Origin: Bacteriovoracia bacterium
Lineage (GTDB): Bacteria > Bdellovibrionota > Bacteriovoracia > Bacteriovoracales > Bacteriovoracaceae
Length of the DNA: 29,106 nt
Assembly: GCA_046570105.1 (NCBI GenBank)
Contig: JBKHVI010000037.1
Location: forward strand, 1 to 29,106
Direction: 5' to 3'
Shown: positions 9,268-20,205 of the stretch, piece after piece
Position numbering within the stretch: the stretch's first letter is position 1
Layout of the letters: the number at the start of each line of letters is the position of its first letter
Program-made: the position numbers and the translations under genes
Notes under the pieces: generated by a model
What the model was told of the DNA's origin: nothing
Seen by the model: only the letters and a program-made list of their open reading frames with translations
Databases searched by the model: none

Positions 9268-10704
9268 ATGGAATTGAAGGTTCACAACAATCTGACACGT
9301 CAGAAAGAAAAATTCACTCCTGTTCGCGCAGGTCATGTGGGTTTTTATTCTTGTGGACCCACCACCTATGATTTTCTCCATGTAGGGAATGCGCGTGCAC
9401 TCGTCGTAGGTGATTTGTTTCATCGTATTTTAAAAGCACTCGATTTTGATGTGACGTTTGTTCGTAACTATACCGATGTGGATGACAAAATCATTGAACG
9501 CGCCAATGAACTCAAGGTCGATCCCTTAGTTCATGCTCAACGTTTTGTAGATGAGTGTCGCAAAGATATGGACTCTCTTGGCATGTTGCCCGCGACTTAT
9601 ACACCTAAAGTATCAGAGACCATGCCTGAAATCATTCAAATGATCGGTGACATTATTGATAATGGTGCAGGTTACGTTGTAGATGGTGAGGTCTTCTTTT
9701 ATGTTGAGAAGGCTGATCACTACGGAAAGCTGTCAAAAAAAGACCTCGAAGGTTTACAGCACGGACAACGTGTAGAAGTTGATAAACGCAAAAAGCATCC
9801 ATCGGACTTCGTTTTGTGGAAGCCTGCCAAGCCAGGAGAGCCTTCATGGGAATCTCCTTGGGGCAAAGGTCGTCCAGGATGGCATATTGAATGTTCGGCG
9901 ATGGCAAAAAAGTTTTTAGGTGAGACACTCGATCTCCATCATGGGGGAGTCGATCTTATGTTCCCTCACCATGAGAATGAAATCGCTCAATCAGAAGCCG
10001 CCAACGGAAAGAAATTCTGTAACTGCTGGGCGCATAATGAGTTTCTAAATTTTGGTTCTGAAAAGATGTCTAAAAGTTTAGGTAATGTTGTCACTATTCG
10101 TAAATTTATTGAAACATACTCTGGGCAAGTTCTGCGTCAGTTGCTGTTATCAGTTCACTACCGAGCGCGCATTGATTGGACCGATGAGGCAATTGAGAAG
10201 GCGTTACAAGATGTGACTCGCATTCATGAGTTCGTGATTGAGTTGAGTAAAATTAAGACGACAACAAGTTCAACAGTCCCTGCAGCCTTGGTCACTCGTG
10301 TGAACGAATTTAAAGACAGTTTCAAATCTGAGATTGCAAACGATTTCAATTCTGCAGGAGCACTTGGGCAGTTCTTTAGTTTCATCCGTGACATGCGCCG
10401 CGATTATCTTGGTCAAGGGGTATCGGCCTCATCTGTTGAGCTTATTCAGCAGGCCATCGAGCTATCTAACTTGGCCTTGGGTCACATCCACGCAGACCCC
10501 GCTGCGTTAATGAAGCAGCTAGAGTCACTTAAAGGTGCAGGAGATGTCGACGAGGTCTGGATTCAAGGCTTGATTGAAGAACGTAAGACTGCCAAGGCGA
10601 CAAAAAATTGGGCGCGTGCCGATCAGATTCGTGATGAGCTGAAAGCGAAAAATATTGTGCTGGTTGACAACAAAGACGGTTCTATCTCTTGGAAAATGCA
10701 ATAA
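9268..10704 (+). CDS. cysS: Cysteine--tRNA ligase
   Basis: CGPT, HVGN, NYTDVDDKII, GRPGWHIECSAM, FPHHENE, KMSKS. ATG 9268 follows GGAG and lies 1 nt after the gltX stop. Confidence 0.97.
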   Translation: MELKVHNNLTRQKEKFTPVRAGHVGFYSCGPTTYDFLHVGNARALVVGDLFHRILKALDFDVTFVRNYTDVDDKIIERANELKVDPLVHAQRFVDECRKDMDSLGMLPATYTPKVSETMPEIIQMIGDIIDNGAGYVVDGEVFFYVEKADHYGKLSKKDLEGLQHGQRVEVDKRKKHPSDFVLWKPAKPGEPSWESPWGKGRPGWHIECSAMAKKFLGETLDLHHGGVDLMFPHHENEIAQSEAANGKKFCNCWAHNEFLNFGSEKMSKSLGNVVTIRKFIETYSGQVLRQLLLSVHYRARIDWTDEAIEKALQDVTRIHEFVIELSKIKTTTSSTVPAALVTRVNEFKDSFKSEIANDFNSAGALGQFFSFIRDMRRDYLGQGVSASSVELIQQAIELSNLALGHIHADPAALMKQLESLKGAGDVDEVWIQGLIEERKTAKATKNWARADQIRDELKAKNIVLVDNKDGSISWKMQ

Positions 10705-10725
10705 TGGGGTCATTCTGACCCCATT
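10703..10725 (+). terminator. Hairpin after cysS, probable terminator with weak U-tract
   Basis: AATGGGGTCA-TTC-TGACCCCATT, a 10-bp stem. Confidence 0.55.
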
Positions 10726-10769
10726 CTCTCTATAAGTTTTACATCCTCTCACATACGGCCCTCTGAGCG

Positions 10770-10798
10770 TTGGACTCTCGTTTCCCTCATATGATAAT
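10770..10798 (+). promoter_or_regulatory. Candidate sigma70 promoter
   Basis: TTGGAC-N17-GATAAT about 40 nt upstream of ATG 10838. Confidence 0.4.
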
Positions 10799-10837
10799 TG
10801 CCCTACATACCAAGCCAAATTCTCTTAGGGGGGAAAT

Positions 10838-11734
10838 ATGAAAAGTGTTTTATTCGCTTTGGTTTTTGCTATCACATCAAGTGCTTTTGCCAGCACAGTC
10901 GATAGCCGTAGCGTTGTGTTTGACGGCTCTTTTGCTGATACTGTTTTGAATTTGAAGGCAGAAAAGACTCATACTGAATACCGTTATGAGCAGGTTGCGC
11001 GTACTTGTTACCGCACAGTTTTGGCCGGTCACCGCCAAGTTTGTCGTCGTCCATCACCAAACCAACCTGGACGTTGCTGGTCTGAACCTATCTACCGTAC
11101 AGTTCCGTATACTTGCTATGAAACAGTAACAATTCCTTACGAAGTATTTGATTACTACGTAGATGCAAATGTTGCGATCAACTTCGGGGCACTTCCAGAA
11201 GGTATGAGTGCACGTGAAAACATCACAGCGACTTTGAACGGAGAAGTTCTTACTCTTCGCTCTACTGGTACAAAGACTTTGATTCTTGAACTTGAATCAA
11301 TGAACCAAAATCGTAACATGAACGGCAATACCTTGATGCTCGATGCAGTTGCTTCTGTGAAGTTCCACGCTGCTGCTCCAGTGCTTGCTGCTCTTAATAT
11401 GAAGAACGTTTCTATCAAGAAAAACGTGATGACTTACACATTGGGTCCAGTTGCTGGTCTTCAATTAGGTCACAACTTGAAAATTCTTGATAACCCAGTA
11501 TTGGGTGGTAGTACGACTTTGTTTGACGGAGAAATGGGTGCAGCTCTTTCTCAGACATCACGTGGAAACGTGACTGATATGCGTATCGCTTTCGCTGATG
11601 TACTTGGACGTGAGTTGGGCGGCGGTCGTTTTAGCGTAACAGCTAAGACTTTCTTTAAGGCCGGAGCTGGTGTTTTGAATTCTGCAGAATTGGGTGATCT
11701 TTCAGTTGAGAAGACCATCTTGTATAAGCGCTAA
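10838..11734 (+). CDS. Secreted hypothetical beta-rich protein with a four-Cys hairpin, 298 aa
   Basis: Signal peptide ending SSAFA; G-rich SD; four clustered Cys; own terminator. Confidence 0.85.
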   Translation: MKSVLFALVFAITSSAFASTVDSRSVVFDGSFADTVLNLKAEKTHTEYRYEQVARTCYRTVLAGHRQVCRRPSPNQPGRCWSEPIYRTVPYTCYETVTIPYEVFDYYVDANVAINFGALPEGMSARENITATLNGEVLTLRSTGTKTLILELESMNQNRNMNGNTLMLDAVASVKFHAAAPVLAALNMKNVSIKKNVMTYTLGPVAGLQLGHNLKILDNPVLGGSTTLFDGEMGAALSQTSRGNVTDMRIAFADVLGRELGGGRFSVTAKTFFKAGAGVLNSAELGDLSVEKTILYKR

Positions 11735-11755
11735 TTTTGATTAGCCGTTGATTAT

Positions 11756-11781
11756 GGCCGGCCAATGTGCCGGCCTTTTTT
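11756..11781 (+). terminator. Intrinsic terminator
   Basis: GGCCGGC-CAATGT-GCCGGCC-TTTTTT. Confidence 0.85.
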
Positions 11782-12688
11782 ATGGGCTAAACTCTGGAAC
11801 GACTAAGACAGAGTAGGCACCATCTAAAATTCCTTGCCCGATGATTCTTACCACCTGACCGTCAGAATTAATTTCTAAAACATAATCCCGAGTATTGTCC
11901 GCTACTAGATAGTTGCCGTTGGCTTTTTGGGCGACTCCGCGTGGAGCAATTAAGACCGCCTGGTTATTACCAAAGACGTGCTCGTCTAAAGTGAGATCAG
12001 CATTGTAGATAGAGAGGTAATCGGTAGCAGCTCCTTCCCACGATACCAAAAATTTTCCGTTAGAAAGTTCCGCGACACCATGAGCTGCCGTTGTTTCGTC
12101 AGGGATGGCAGCGGTGGCAACAGCTGCAAACGCTGCGACCGAGTCTTCATAAAGGCGCACGGCCTGAGTTGTTGAAGTGGCGATCCAGCGACCATCTTGC
12201 AGCGCTTTTACATCTTGCACGTTGGCAATAACTGTCGAAGGCCAAGGAGCAGCGTGAGTTTCTCTCAAGCCGAGTTCATTAAATCTTTCAATTGCGGTTT
12301 GCTCTGATACGAGAATCGAGCGTGAAGTATAAAGTTGGGTCGTACTGCGAATTGTTCCGGTGAGGGCGGCATCTTGAAAGGCGACCCGTGCTGAGCCATC
12401 GACTACCGAAATGGCCAAAACACGATCTGGAGTTCCTTCCATTGATACTAAGATTTCATTCGTCGTATGCATCCAGCCTAGACCCCCGACGGTCTCTGTT
12501 GCGAGCGGAGTGCGGTAGAGAATGCGTTTGTAATTACCCTTCTTATCAAACTGATGAACAGTATCCGTCGTACTCGACGTGACGAGGATATCACCTGCAG
12601 CAACATAGAGGTTGCTGGAGGTTGGTATGGACTCACTTTCGAGGCAAGAGCTTAAAATGAGAAGGATTGGTAGTAGGTAATTCCTCAT
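11780..12688 (-). CDS. Lipoprotein with probable beta-propeller (NHL/SMP-30-like blades)
   Basis: Lipobox LILSS-C; repeated blade-like units such as PRGVAQKANGNYLVADNTRDYVLEINSDG and AHGVAELSNGKFLVS. Confidence 0.7.
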   Translation of the reverse strand: MRNYLLPILLILSSCLESESIPTSSNLYVAAGDILVTSSTTDTVHQFDKKGNYKRILYRTPLATETVGGLGWMHTTNEILVSMEGTPDRVLAISVVDGSARVAFQDAALTGTIRSTTQLYTSRSILVSEQTAIERFNELGLRETHAAPWPSTVIANVQDVKALQDGRWIATSTTQAVRLYEDSVAAFAAVATAAIPDETTAAHGVAELSNGKFLVSWEGAATDYLSIYNADLTLDEHVFGNNQAVLIAPRGVAQKANGNYLVADNTRDYVLEINSDGQVVRIIGQGILDGAYSVLVVPEFSP

Positions 12689-12694
12689 TTATTG

Positions 12695-12703
12695 ATCATA
12701 CCA
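12695..12703 (-). promoter_or_regulatory. Extended -10 promoter, probably giving a leaderless transcript
   Basis: TGgTATGAT, 6 nt, then ATG 12688; no SD. Confidence 0.6.
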
Positions 12704-12744
12704 AAAAGCGGCTGACTCAGGTATTAGGGAAAGTTTTACCTTTT

Positions 12745-12773
12745 TTTAGAATCCCTTCACAGGATGCTATGAT
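12745..12773 (+). promoter_or_regulatory. Candidate sigma70 promoter
   Basis: TTTAGA-N17-TATGAT with extended TG, upstream of the GAGGAG SD. Confidence 0.5.
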
Positions 12774-12795
12774 TTTATGAGGAGAAGCCTATTTC

Positions 12796-13359
12796 TTGAA
12801 AAGACTACTCGGACTCATCCTATTCTGCCTTAGTACTCAAACATTTGCTGATGAAGCGATGGTTTCGTTATTTGCGGGTATGGGTCAACACCATCAAGAA
12901 TCCATGACAGACAGTAAAACCGTTCCTCAAGGCCAGGCCTTTGGGGCGAGTTTTGGTCGAAGAATGAATTTCTATGAGTTTGAACTCACTCTTTCTAAGG
13001 GAAGTTACACTTCAGATATTGAGCACGATGGCCGCGCAAATACCATCAATCATGATCAACTGCAGTTCTCTATCGCACTTAACTTTTATCTCGTTAAAAA
13101 TATTTATTTAAGAATTGGTTATGGGCTCACTGATATTGAGCAAACCACTGAAACGCCAGTGAGTGGAGCTTCAGGCAAGGGTCTCGAAGAAGAGTATGGA
13201 TTGGTTAAAGATAAAATTACGAGCCTGGTATTAGGGGGCGGTTACGCCATTCTCCAAACTTCAAAAATCCAAGTCTATGTCCAGTTTGAACACCACGTGA
13301 TGTCTGAAATTGCTTCTTCGCAAAACTTGGCAACGGCCGGAATCCGCTTCTACTATTAA
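12796..13359 (+). CDS. Outer-membrane beta-barrel protein (small, 8-stranded type)
   Basis: Signal peptide ending QTFA; alternating amphipathic strands; aromatic C-terminus AGIRFYY; TTG start. Confidence 0.7.
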   Translation: MKRLLGLILFCLSTQTFADEAMVSLFAGMGQHHQESMTDSKTVPQGQAFGASFGRRMNFYEFELTLSKGSYTSDIEHDGRANTINHDQLQFSIALNFYLVKNIYLRIGYGLTDIEQTTETPVSGASGKGLEEEYGLVKDKITSLVLGGGYAILQTSKIQVYVQFEHHVMSEIASSQNLATAGIRFYY

Positions 13360-14660
13360 CGAAGTTCTTCGTAACTTTGAGCTCGATTCACTAAACGCAC
13401 ATCTTGCTCACTCGTCACTAAAAGCTCTGCAGGCTTTCCACGCAGGTTATAATTTGAACCCATGCTGAAACCATAAGCTCCAGCATCGGCCAACACGATA
13501 ATATCCCCAGTTTTTAGTGGAGGCATAGAGCGGTGATGTCCAAAGCAATCTGATGTTTCACAGATTGGACCCACGATGTGAGTGGAGAGCTTTTTTCCGG
13601 CCTTAGGTTGTTTGGCGGGAAGGAGATTGTGAAAAGCATCATAGAGAGAAGGGCGCATGAAATCATTCATACCACCATCAACAATCACGAAGCGCTGATC
13701 TTCAGAAACTTTCTGACGAAGAACACTCATCACAAAAAAACCGGCTTTCGCTACGATACGTCGGCCCGGCTCGAACACCACGCGCGTATCAGGGCGAACT
13801 TTGAAATGTTTGAAGTAGGATTTCTCAAGAGAAGTCGCTACTCGTTGCATGTAGTCTGCAGTAGTTGGTAATTTCTTTTTTTCATCGGGGTGATAGGCCA
13901 CGCCCAGACCTCCGCCTACGTCGAGAAATTCGAGTTTTTGTGGCAAACTGCGAGCAATCTCTCCCATAATCTCAACAGCATTTTGAGTGGCTTTTAGATC
14001 GAGTAATTGACTGCCAATATGAACAGAGAGACCCACTAATTGAGTGTGCTTCCAAAGTTTTTTATCCTTGGCAGCTTTCACAATATCTTTTTTGAGCAAA
14101 CCAAATTTGTGTGTTTTGTTGCCGGTAGAAATATATTTATGAGTTTTAGCCTTTACCATCGGATTTAAGCGAAAACAAATTCGTGCAACTTTACCTAGTT
14201 TTTTTGCAATCTCATTAATGAGTTCTAACTCTTCAATCGATTCCACATTGAAGCTATAAATTCCATTGCCAGAATTAAGTGCGAGCTCAATTTCGTCAGC
14301 CGTTTTTCCTACACCAGAGAACACAATACGATCGGCAGGTATGCCGGCCTCAAGGGCGCGCTTAAGTTCGCCACCAGAGACAATATCAGCACCAGAGCCT
14401 TCTAGGGCCAAAAGCTTTAAGAGTTCTTTATTGGGATTTGATTTAAGTGCAAAACAAACCAATGGGCGAGGAAGGCCTGCCATTTGTGCTTCGCCAACAA
14501 ACTCTTGATAGTTACTAAGCAGAGTACGCTGGCCGTAGACAAAAAATGGAGTGGCGTAGTGTTCAGCAATTTTTTTGACTGAAACACCTTCAATGCAGAG
14601 CTCACCTTTTTCATAAGTGAGCGCATCAGAATTTAGGGAAACACTACTTTTTGTCGCCAT
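13356..14660 (-). CDS. lysA: Diaminopimelate decarboxylase
   Basis: FALKSN (PLP lysine), DIVSGGEL, FSGVGK, HIGSQ, DVGGG, EPGR, GPICETSD, GAYG, SNYN. Confidence 0.95.
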   Translation of the reverse strand: MATKSSVSLNSDALTYEKGELCIEGVSVKKIAEHYATPFFVYGQRTLLSNYQEFVGEAQMAGLPRPLVCFALKSNPNKELLKLLALEGSGADIVSGGELKRALEAGIPADRIVFSGVGKTADEIELALNSGNGIYSFNVESIEELELINEIAKKLGKVARICFRLNPMVKAKTHKYISTGNKTHKFGLLKKDIVKAAKDKKLWKHTQLVGLSVHIGSQLLDLKATQNAVEIMGEIARSLPQKLEFLDVGGGLGVAYHPDEKKKLPTTADYMQRVATSLEKSYFKHFKVRPDTRVVFEPGRRIVAKAGFFVMSVLRQKVSEDQRFVIVDGGMNDFMRPSLYDAFHNLLPAKQPKAGKKLSTHIVGPICETSDCFGHHRSMPPLKTGDIIVLADAGAYGFSMGSNYNLRGKPAELLVTSEQDVRLVNRAQSYEELR

Positions 14661-15247
14661 GATCGAATGTCCTCAGCTTGGGTCTCTTTGAGAGATCCGT
14701 GTTGCACGGCCCAAGTGAGCATATCGTCTAAAGTACATAGCGAAATGGCCGGTACTTGGCGCTTCTCAAAAATGGCATGGGCCTGAGGGAAATTGTAGTG
14801 AAACAATCCCAATACTGCGAGGACTTTCATCTTACTCTCATCTAAGACATTGACTGCCGCTAATGAGCTTTTACCCGTTGATATAAGGTCTTCAATGAGA
14901 AGGGTTTTGGCCCCTTCCATGACTTGGCCCTCAATGAGGTTTTTGCGGCCATGATCTTTTGCACCTGAGCGGACATAGACCATAGGAAGATTCATCGCCT
15001 CCGCAAGCCAGGCGGCCCAGGGAATACCAGCGGTCGCAGTTCCAGCGATGACTTCAGGTTTTAAGGCGAGGGCCTTATCTTTCATGGCAGCAACGATCAT
15101 TCGACGTGCTTCAGGTCGTGAAATGAGCAGGCGATTATCGCAATAGATAGGAGATTTGATGCCACTTGCCCAAGTAAATGGTTCTTCAGGCCGCAAAAAT
15201 ACTGCTTTCTCTTTAAGTAGGGCCTCGGCAACGATGGCAGCACTCAT
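14633..15247 (-). CDS. pyrE: Orotate phosphoribosyltransferase
   Basis: PFTWASGIKSPIYCDNR, GTATAGIP, PRPP motif IEDLISTGKS. Confidence 0.96.
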   Translation of the reverse strand: MSAAIVAEALLKEKAVFLRPEEPFTWASGIKSPIYCDNRLLISRPEARRMIVAAMKDKALALKPEVIAGTATAGIPWAAWLAEAMNLPMVYVRSGAKDHGRKNLIEGQVMEGAKTLLIEDLISTGKSSLAAVNVLDESKMKVLAVLGLFHYNFPQAHAIFEKRQVPAISLCTLDDMLTWAVQHGSLKETQAEDIRSWRQKVVFP

Positions 15248-15945
15248 AAGTTCTCCTTGGCCAAATCTTCTAGGGCCTCTCTGGGGTCAGCCGCTTCACT
15301 TAGGGCACGTCCAATGACGAGGTAGTCTGCACCATTGGCAAGGGCCTCTAAGGGAGTCAGTGTTCGTTTTTGATCGTGTTGAGCGACACCCTTGGGACGA
15401 ATTCCAGGAGTCACACAAAGGAAGTTTCCATGAGTCGCTCTTTTGACCAGTTGAGCTTCTTGAGCAGAACATACGACGCCATTAAGACCAGCAAGATGAG
15501 TCATCTTGGCCCAGGCTTCCACGCAGTCAACGAGTTTACCAGGAATACGCATCTGCTGTTGCATGGTGATTTCAGAAGTACTGGTCAACTGAGTGACGGC
15601 AATAATCTTAGCGTCTTTGCGCTGACTTTTTTCCAGTGCTCGCTTCGCTCCCTGAAGCATTTCAAGTCCACCTGCCGCATGCACATTATAAATATTGGCC
15701 GGAAGTTTCAGGAGATTGCCCATCGCCTTCTCGACCGTAGTAGGGATGTCATGGAGTTTGAGATCGAGAAAAACAAAAAAACCTTCTCGTGCTAAATACT
15801 CTACAGCTTTGTTCCCATGAGCATAAAAAAGCTCCATGCCGACTTTCATGCCACAGCCAGAGCCCTTTAAGGCACTGGCCAGTCTTTCAATCTGAGACCA
15901 ATCTGTTTGATCGAGAGCAACGAGAACTTTTTCTTTCATACTCAC
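15244..15945 (-). CDS. pyrF: Orotidine-5'-phosphate decarboxylase
   Basis: [37 protein letters not shown]. Start is GTG 15945 (overlapping the carB stop) or ATG 15939. Confidence 0.96.
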   Translation of the reverse strand: MSMKEKVLVALDQTDWSQIERLASALKGSGCGMKVGMELFYAHGNKAVEYLAREGFFVFLDLKLHDIPTTVEKAMGNLLKLPANIYNVHAAGGLEMLQGAKRALEKSQRKDAKIIAVTQLTSTSEITMQQQMRIPGKLVDCVEAWAKMTHLAGLNGVVCSAQEAQLVKRATHGNFLCVTPGIRPKGVAQHDQKRTLTPLEALANGADYLVIGRALSEAADPREALEDLAKENL

Positions 15946-18900
15946 ATCGGGTTAAGGTTAAACGATTGTCTCTCAAGCGTGCGAATCATCGCTTCGACCG
16001 TATCGAGCGAAGTCATGCAACAGATTCCACGTTCGGCCGCCACTCGGCGCATTTTGAATCCATCCGACTCAACATTTCTCCCTCGTGAAATCGTATTGAT
16101 GACGAGATCACATTGATTGGCCTTAATGATCGCTAAAATATCATTCGTTGCTTCACCGATACGCGGGACTGTGCGAACCGGGATATTTTTTTGCTCAATC
16201 AGTTTAGCTGTTCCTTCAGTGGCGAGGAAGTTAAAGCCCAAAGCGTGGAGGCGAACAATAAGTTCAAGGCCTTCTTCTTTGTCTTTGTCTGCCACGGTTA
16301 CCAATACCGTACCTGAGTTAGGAATATTGATTCCAGCTGCGATAAAGGCTTTGTGAAGAGCGCGCTCGTAAATTGTATCTCGCCCCATGACTTCACCAGT
16401 TGATTTCATCTCTGGTCCCAGGGCCGTATCTACTTCAACCAGTTTGGCAAAAGAGAAGACCGGAGCTTTGACTGCAATATCATCCGATTCTTCACGATGA
16501 CCATGAACATAGCCTTGCTCAAGGATGCTATTCCCAAGTATGGCGCGAGTGGCGATTTTCGCCATCGGAACTCCCGTCACCTTACTTAAGAAAGGAACTG
16601 TTCTAGATGAGCGAGGATTCACTTCTAAAACGTACACTTCGCCTTTGTGAATGACGAACTGGATATTAATCAAACCTTTGATTTGCAATGCGAGGGCAAT
16701 AGATGTTGTAAGCTGAACTAATTTCTTTTGGGTGGCAACATCTACGTTCTGTGGTGGATACACCGCAAATGAATCACCTGAGTGAACTCCTGCTTTTTCA
16801 ATGTGCTCCATGATGCCAGGGATATAGACAGTCTTTCCGTCACAAATGGCATCCACTTCCATTTCACGACCTAGCATGTAGCGATCAATCAACACTGGAT
16901 GTTGAGGAGTTACTTTCACTGCATGAGTGAAATAATCTTTGAGTTCATCCGCGCCGTAGACGATTTCCATAGCTCGTCCACCGATCACATAAGATGGACG
17001 AACAACTACCGGGTAACCAAGAATATTGGTTTTCTCTAAAGCTTCATCCAGTGAAGTCACAGTATGGCCAAGAGGTTGAGCAATGCTGAGTTCTTTTAAA
17101 AGAGCTTCAAAACGCCGGCGATCTTCGGCACGATCAATCCCATCAAGTGATGTGCCTAGGATTTTAACACCGGCAGCGTGAAGCGGTTCTGCTAAGTTAA
17201 TAGCCGTTTGACCACCAAACTGAACAATCACACCAAGAGGCTTCTCTTTTTTAATAATATGAAGCACATCTTCCGGAGTGAGTGGTTCAAAGTAAAGTCG
17301 GTCGGAGATATTAAAGTCCGTTGAAACCGTTTCAGGATTGTTGTTAATGACTACGGCTTCGTAACCCATATCGCGAATAGCTTGAATGGCGTGTACAGTG
17401 GCATAATCAAACTCGATGCCTTGACCGATTCGAATGGGGCCAGAGCCCAAAACGACTACTTTCTCTTTGCTTGTTGGGAGCACCTCATCCTCAGTTTCCC
17501 AGGTGGAGTAGTAGTAGGGGGTTGCGCTTTCAAATTCAGCAGCACAGGTATCAACCATTTTATAGACAGGATAAAACTGATGCTTCTCACGCATTGCTAG
17601 GATGTTTTTTTCTTCAATTCCTGAAAATTGAGCAATCGCCGAATCAGCAAAGCCCATTCGTTTTGCCTTATAAAGTAATTCAGGAGTGAGCTTGCTGCCT
17701 TCCGATTTGAGATCGGCTTCCATCATAATAATTCGTCGAAGTGTATGGAGGAAGAGTGGATCAATCTTTGTTCGATCCTGGATTAACTCTAGAGGAACTC
17801 CGATGCGAATAGCTTCAGTGACAATAAAGATACGTTCATCATCAGGTTTTTCCATCCGATTAAGAAGTTCTTCTCGGCTCACATTTTTTAGATGAGAAAG
17901 TTGAATATGGTGAACCCCGATTTCTAAACTTCGAACACTTTTTAAGAGTGCCTCTTCTTGCGTGCGACCGATTCCCATCACTTCACCAGTGGCTTTCATC
18001 TGGGTGCCGAGTCTACGATCTGCTTTGATGAATTTATCGAATGGCCAGCGAGGAATTTTACACACAACATAATCTAAGGCCGGTTCGAAACAAGCATATG
18101 TCTTTTTGGTGACCGGATTTATGATCTCATCAAGGCCCAGACCAATGGCGATCTTGGCAGCGATCTTAGCGATAGGGTACCCCGTGGCTTTCGATGCAAG
18201 AGCGGATGAGCGCGACACACGTGGGTTCACTTCAATGACATAGTAGTTAAATGAATCAGGATGAAGTGCGTACTGGACGTTACAGCCACCCTTGATATCG
18301 AGTGCGCGAATAATTTTAAGCGCACTGGTACGAAGCATTTGATATTCTTTATCTGAAAGAGACTGACTTGGAGCAAATACAATCGAGTCTCCAGTGTGAA
18401 CTCCGACTGGATCAAAGTTCTCCATATTACACACGATGATACAATTATCTTTCCCGTCACGAATAACTTCGTACTCAACTTCTTTGTAACCGGCAATCGA
18501 GCGCTCAATTAAGCATTGAGTGATGGGTGAGGCGTTAAGACCTGCATTGGCAACGATATTGAGTTCTTCAACATCTTTGGCAATTCCCCCACCAGTTCCA
18601 CCCAGAGTGAAAGCCGGGCGGACGATAACCGGAAAACCGATTCGACGGGCAAACGCCTGTGCTTCTTCAATCGTGTGAACGATGGCACTATCCGGCACAG
18701 GTTCACCAATTTTTTGCATGAGATCTTTGAAAAGTTTTCTATCTTCAGCTTGTTGAATGGTATCAACCTTACAACCTAAGAGTTCAACACCAAGCTTGTC
18801 GAGCACACCTTTTTCTTTAAGCTTTACGGCAAGATTAAGTGCCGTCTGACCACCGAGTGTCGCAAGGAGACCGTCTGGTCGCTCTTTATAGAGGATGCGA

Positions 18901-19124
18901 GTGATAAACTCTTCCGTCAGTGGTTCGATGTAAACGGTGTCGGCCGTTTCTCGATCTGTCATGATGGTGGCGGGATTTGAGTTGATGAGTACAACTTCAA
19001 TGCCTTCTTCTCGAAGGGAATGAACCGCTTGAGTACCGGAGTAATCAAACTCAGCCGCTTGGCCGATAACAATGGGGCCCGAGCCGATCACCAGAACTTT
19101 TTTAATATGGCTATTGCGTGGCAT
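15942..19124 (-). CDS. carB: Carbamoyl-phosphate synthase large subunit
   Basis: [18 protein letters not shown]; duplicated ATP-grasp halves ([19 protein letters not shown]); C-terminal MGS-like domain. Confidence 0.98.
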   Translation of the reverse strand: MPRNSHIKKVLVIGSGPIVIGQAAEFDYSGTQAVHSLREEGIEVVLINSNPATIMTDRETADTVYIEPLTEEFITRILYKERPDGLLATLGGQTALNLAVKLKEKGVLDKLGVELLGCKVDTIQQAEDRKLFKDLMQKIGEPVPDSAIVHTIEEAQAFARRIGFPVIVRPAFTLGGTGGGIAKDVEELNIVANAGLNASPITQCLIERSIAGYKEVEYEVIRDGKDNCIIVCNMENFDPVGVHTGDSIVFAPSQSLSDKEYQMLRTSALKIIRALDIKGGCNVQYALHPDSFNYYVIEVNPRVSRSSALASKATGYPIAKIAAKIAIGLGLDEIINPVTKKTYACFEPALDYVVCKIPRWPFDKFIKADRRLGTQMKATGEVMGIGRTQEEALLKSVRSLEIGVHHIQLSHLKNVSREELLNRMEKPDDERIFIVTEAIRIGVPLELIQDRTKIDPLFLHTLRRIIMMEADLKSEGSKLTPELLYKAKRMGFADSAIAQFSGIEEKNILAMREKHQFYPVYKMVDTCAAEFESATPYYYSTWETEDEVLPTSKEKVVVLGSGPIRIGQGIEFDYATVHAIQAIRDMGYEAVVINNNPETVSTDFNISDRLYFEPLTPEDVLHIIKKEKPLGVIVQFGGQTAINLAEPLHAAGVKILGTSLDGIDRAEDRRRFEALLKELSIAQPLGHTVTSLDEALEKTNILGYPVVVRPSYVIGGRAMEIVYGADELKDYFTHAVKVTPQHPVLIDRYMLGREMEVDAICDGKTVYIPGIMEHIEKAGVHSGDSFAVYPPQNVDVATQKKLVQLTTSIALALQIKGLINIQFVIHKGEVYVLEVNPRSSRTVPFLSKVTGVPMAKIATRAILGNSILEQGYVHGHREESDDIAVKAPVFSFAKLVEVDTALGPEMKSTGEVMGRDTIYERALHKAFIAAGINIPNSGTVLVTVADKDKEEGLELIVRLHALGFNFLATEGTAKLIEQKNIPVRTVPRIGEATNDILAIIKANQCDLVINTISRGRNVESDGFKMRRVAAERGICCMTSLDTVEAMIRTLERQSFNLNPM

Positions 19125-19134
19125 GTATTCTCCC

Positions 19135-20205
19135 TTACTTCATACTCTGTAAAAATGCGTCGAATAACCACTGCGTATCTTCAGGGCCAGGATAGGCCTC
19201 CGGATGATACTGAACTGAGAAGGCAGGCAGTGTTTGATGGGCAAGCCCCTCAACAGTACCGTCATTTAAATTGACCTGCGTGAGTTCCAGAGGAGATTTT
19301 TTGACTGACTCCAAAGTCACAGCATAGCCATGGTTTTGTGAACTCATATAGGTGCGACCACTTTTAAGATCTTTAACAGGATGGTTACCTCCACGGTGAC
19401 CAAACTTTAATTTCTCGGTGTCCGCTCCATTTGCCAGCGCAAAAAGTTGATGTCCCATACAGATCGCCATCAAGGGCACTGTCTCTTGCAGCTTACGAAT
19501 GACCGGCAAAGTAGATGGTACATCCTTTGGGTCACCAGGTCCGTTTGAAAGCATAACGCCATCAGGTTTAAACTTGAGAATGGAATCAACCGTTGAATCC
19601 CAAGGTACCACCACCACATCACAGCCTCGGCGAAGGAGTGAGCGAAGGATATTTTTCTTATATCCAAAATCCATCAGCACCACTCGCTTGCCTTCACCAG
19701 GAAAATGAATGGAGTGACGGGTAGAGACGCGGGCGATTTGATCATTAGGTAGCGCAGCCTTAAGTTCTTTAAGCGCCTCTTCTTTAGTAATATGAGGAGC
19801 AGCAAAAAGTGCCTTTTGTGATCCTTGGCTTCTGATTTTTTTTGTTAATAAGCGCGTGTCTAGTCCGTGAATACCCGGAACTCCAAATTCTTTCAGTAGC
19901 TGGGGGAGTGAATACTCAGAGCGCCAGTTGGAAGGAACTTCAGTGGCCTCTCTTACAACCATTCCTTTGAGGGCAGGAATCATGCTCTCAAAATCATCCT
20001 TGTTCACACCATATTGACCAATGAGTGGAAATGTCATCACCACGATTTGGTCACAGTAGGAAGGATCCGAGAGAATTTCTTGGTAGCCAGTCATGCTGGT
20101 ATTAAAAACGAGTTCACCTAAGGGTGATGTCGTTTTGACATCAACTCCAAAAGATTCACCTGCAAAACACTCACCACTTTCAAGCCATAGATTTAGTTTT
20201 TTCAT
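19135..20205 (-). CDS. carA: Carbamoyl-phosphate synthase small subunit
   Basis: [23 protein letters not shown] (catalytic Cys), QYHPE. Confidence 0.97.
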   Translation of the reverse strand: MKKLNLWLESGECFAGESFGVDVKTTSPLGELVFNTSMTGYQEILSDPSYCDQIVVMTFPLIGQYGVNKDDFESMIPALKGMVVREATEVPSNWRSEYSLPQLLKEFGVPGIHGLDTRLLTKKIRSQGSQKALFAAPHITKEEALKELKAALPNDQIARVSTRHSIHFPGEGKRVVLMDFGYKKNILRSLLRRGCDVVVVPWDSTVDSILKFKPDGVMLSNGPGDPKDVPSTLPVIRKLQETVPLMAICMGHQLFALANGADTEKLKFGHRGGNHPVKDLKSGRTYMSSQNHGYAVTLESVKKSPLELTQVNLNDGTVEGLAHQTLPAFSVQYHPEAYPGPEDTQWLFDAFLQSMK

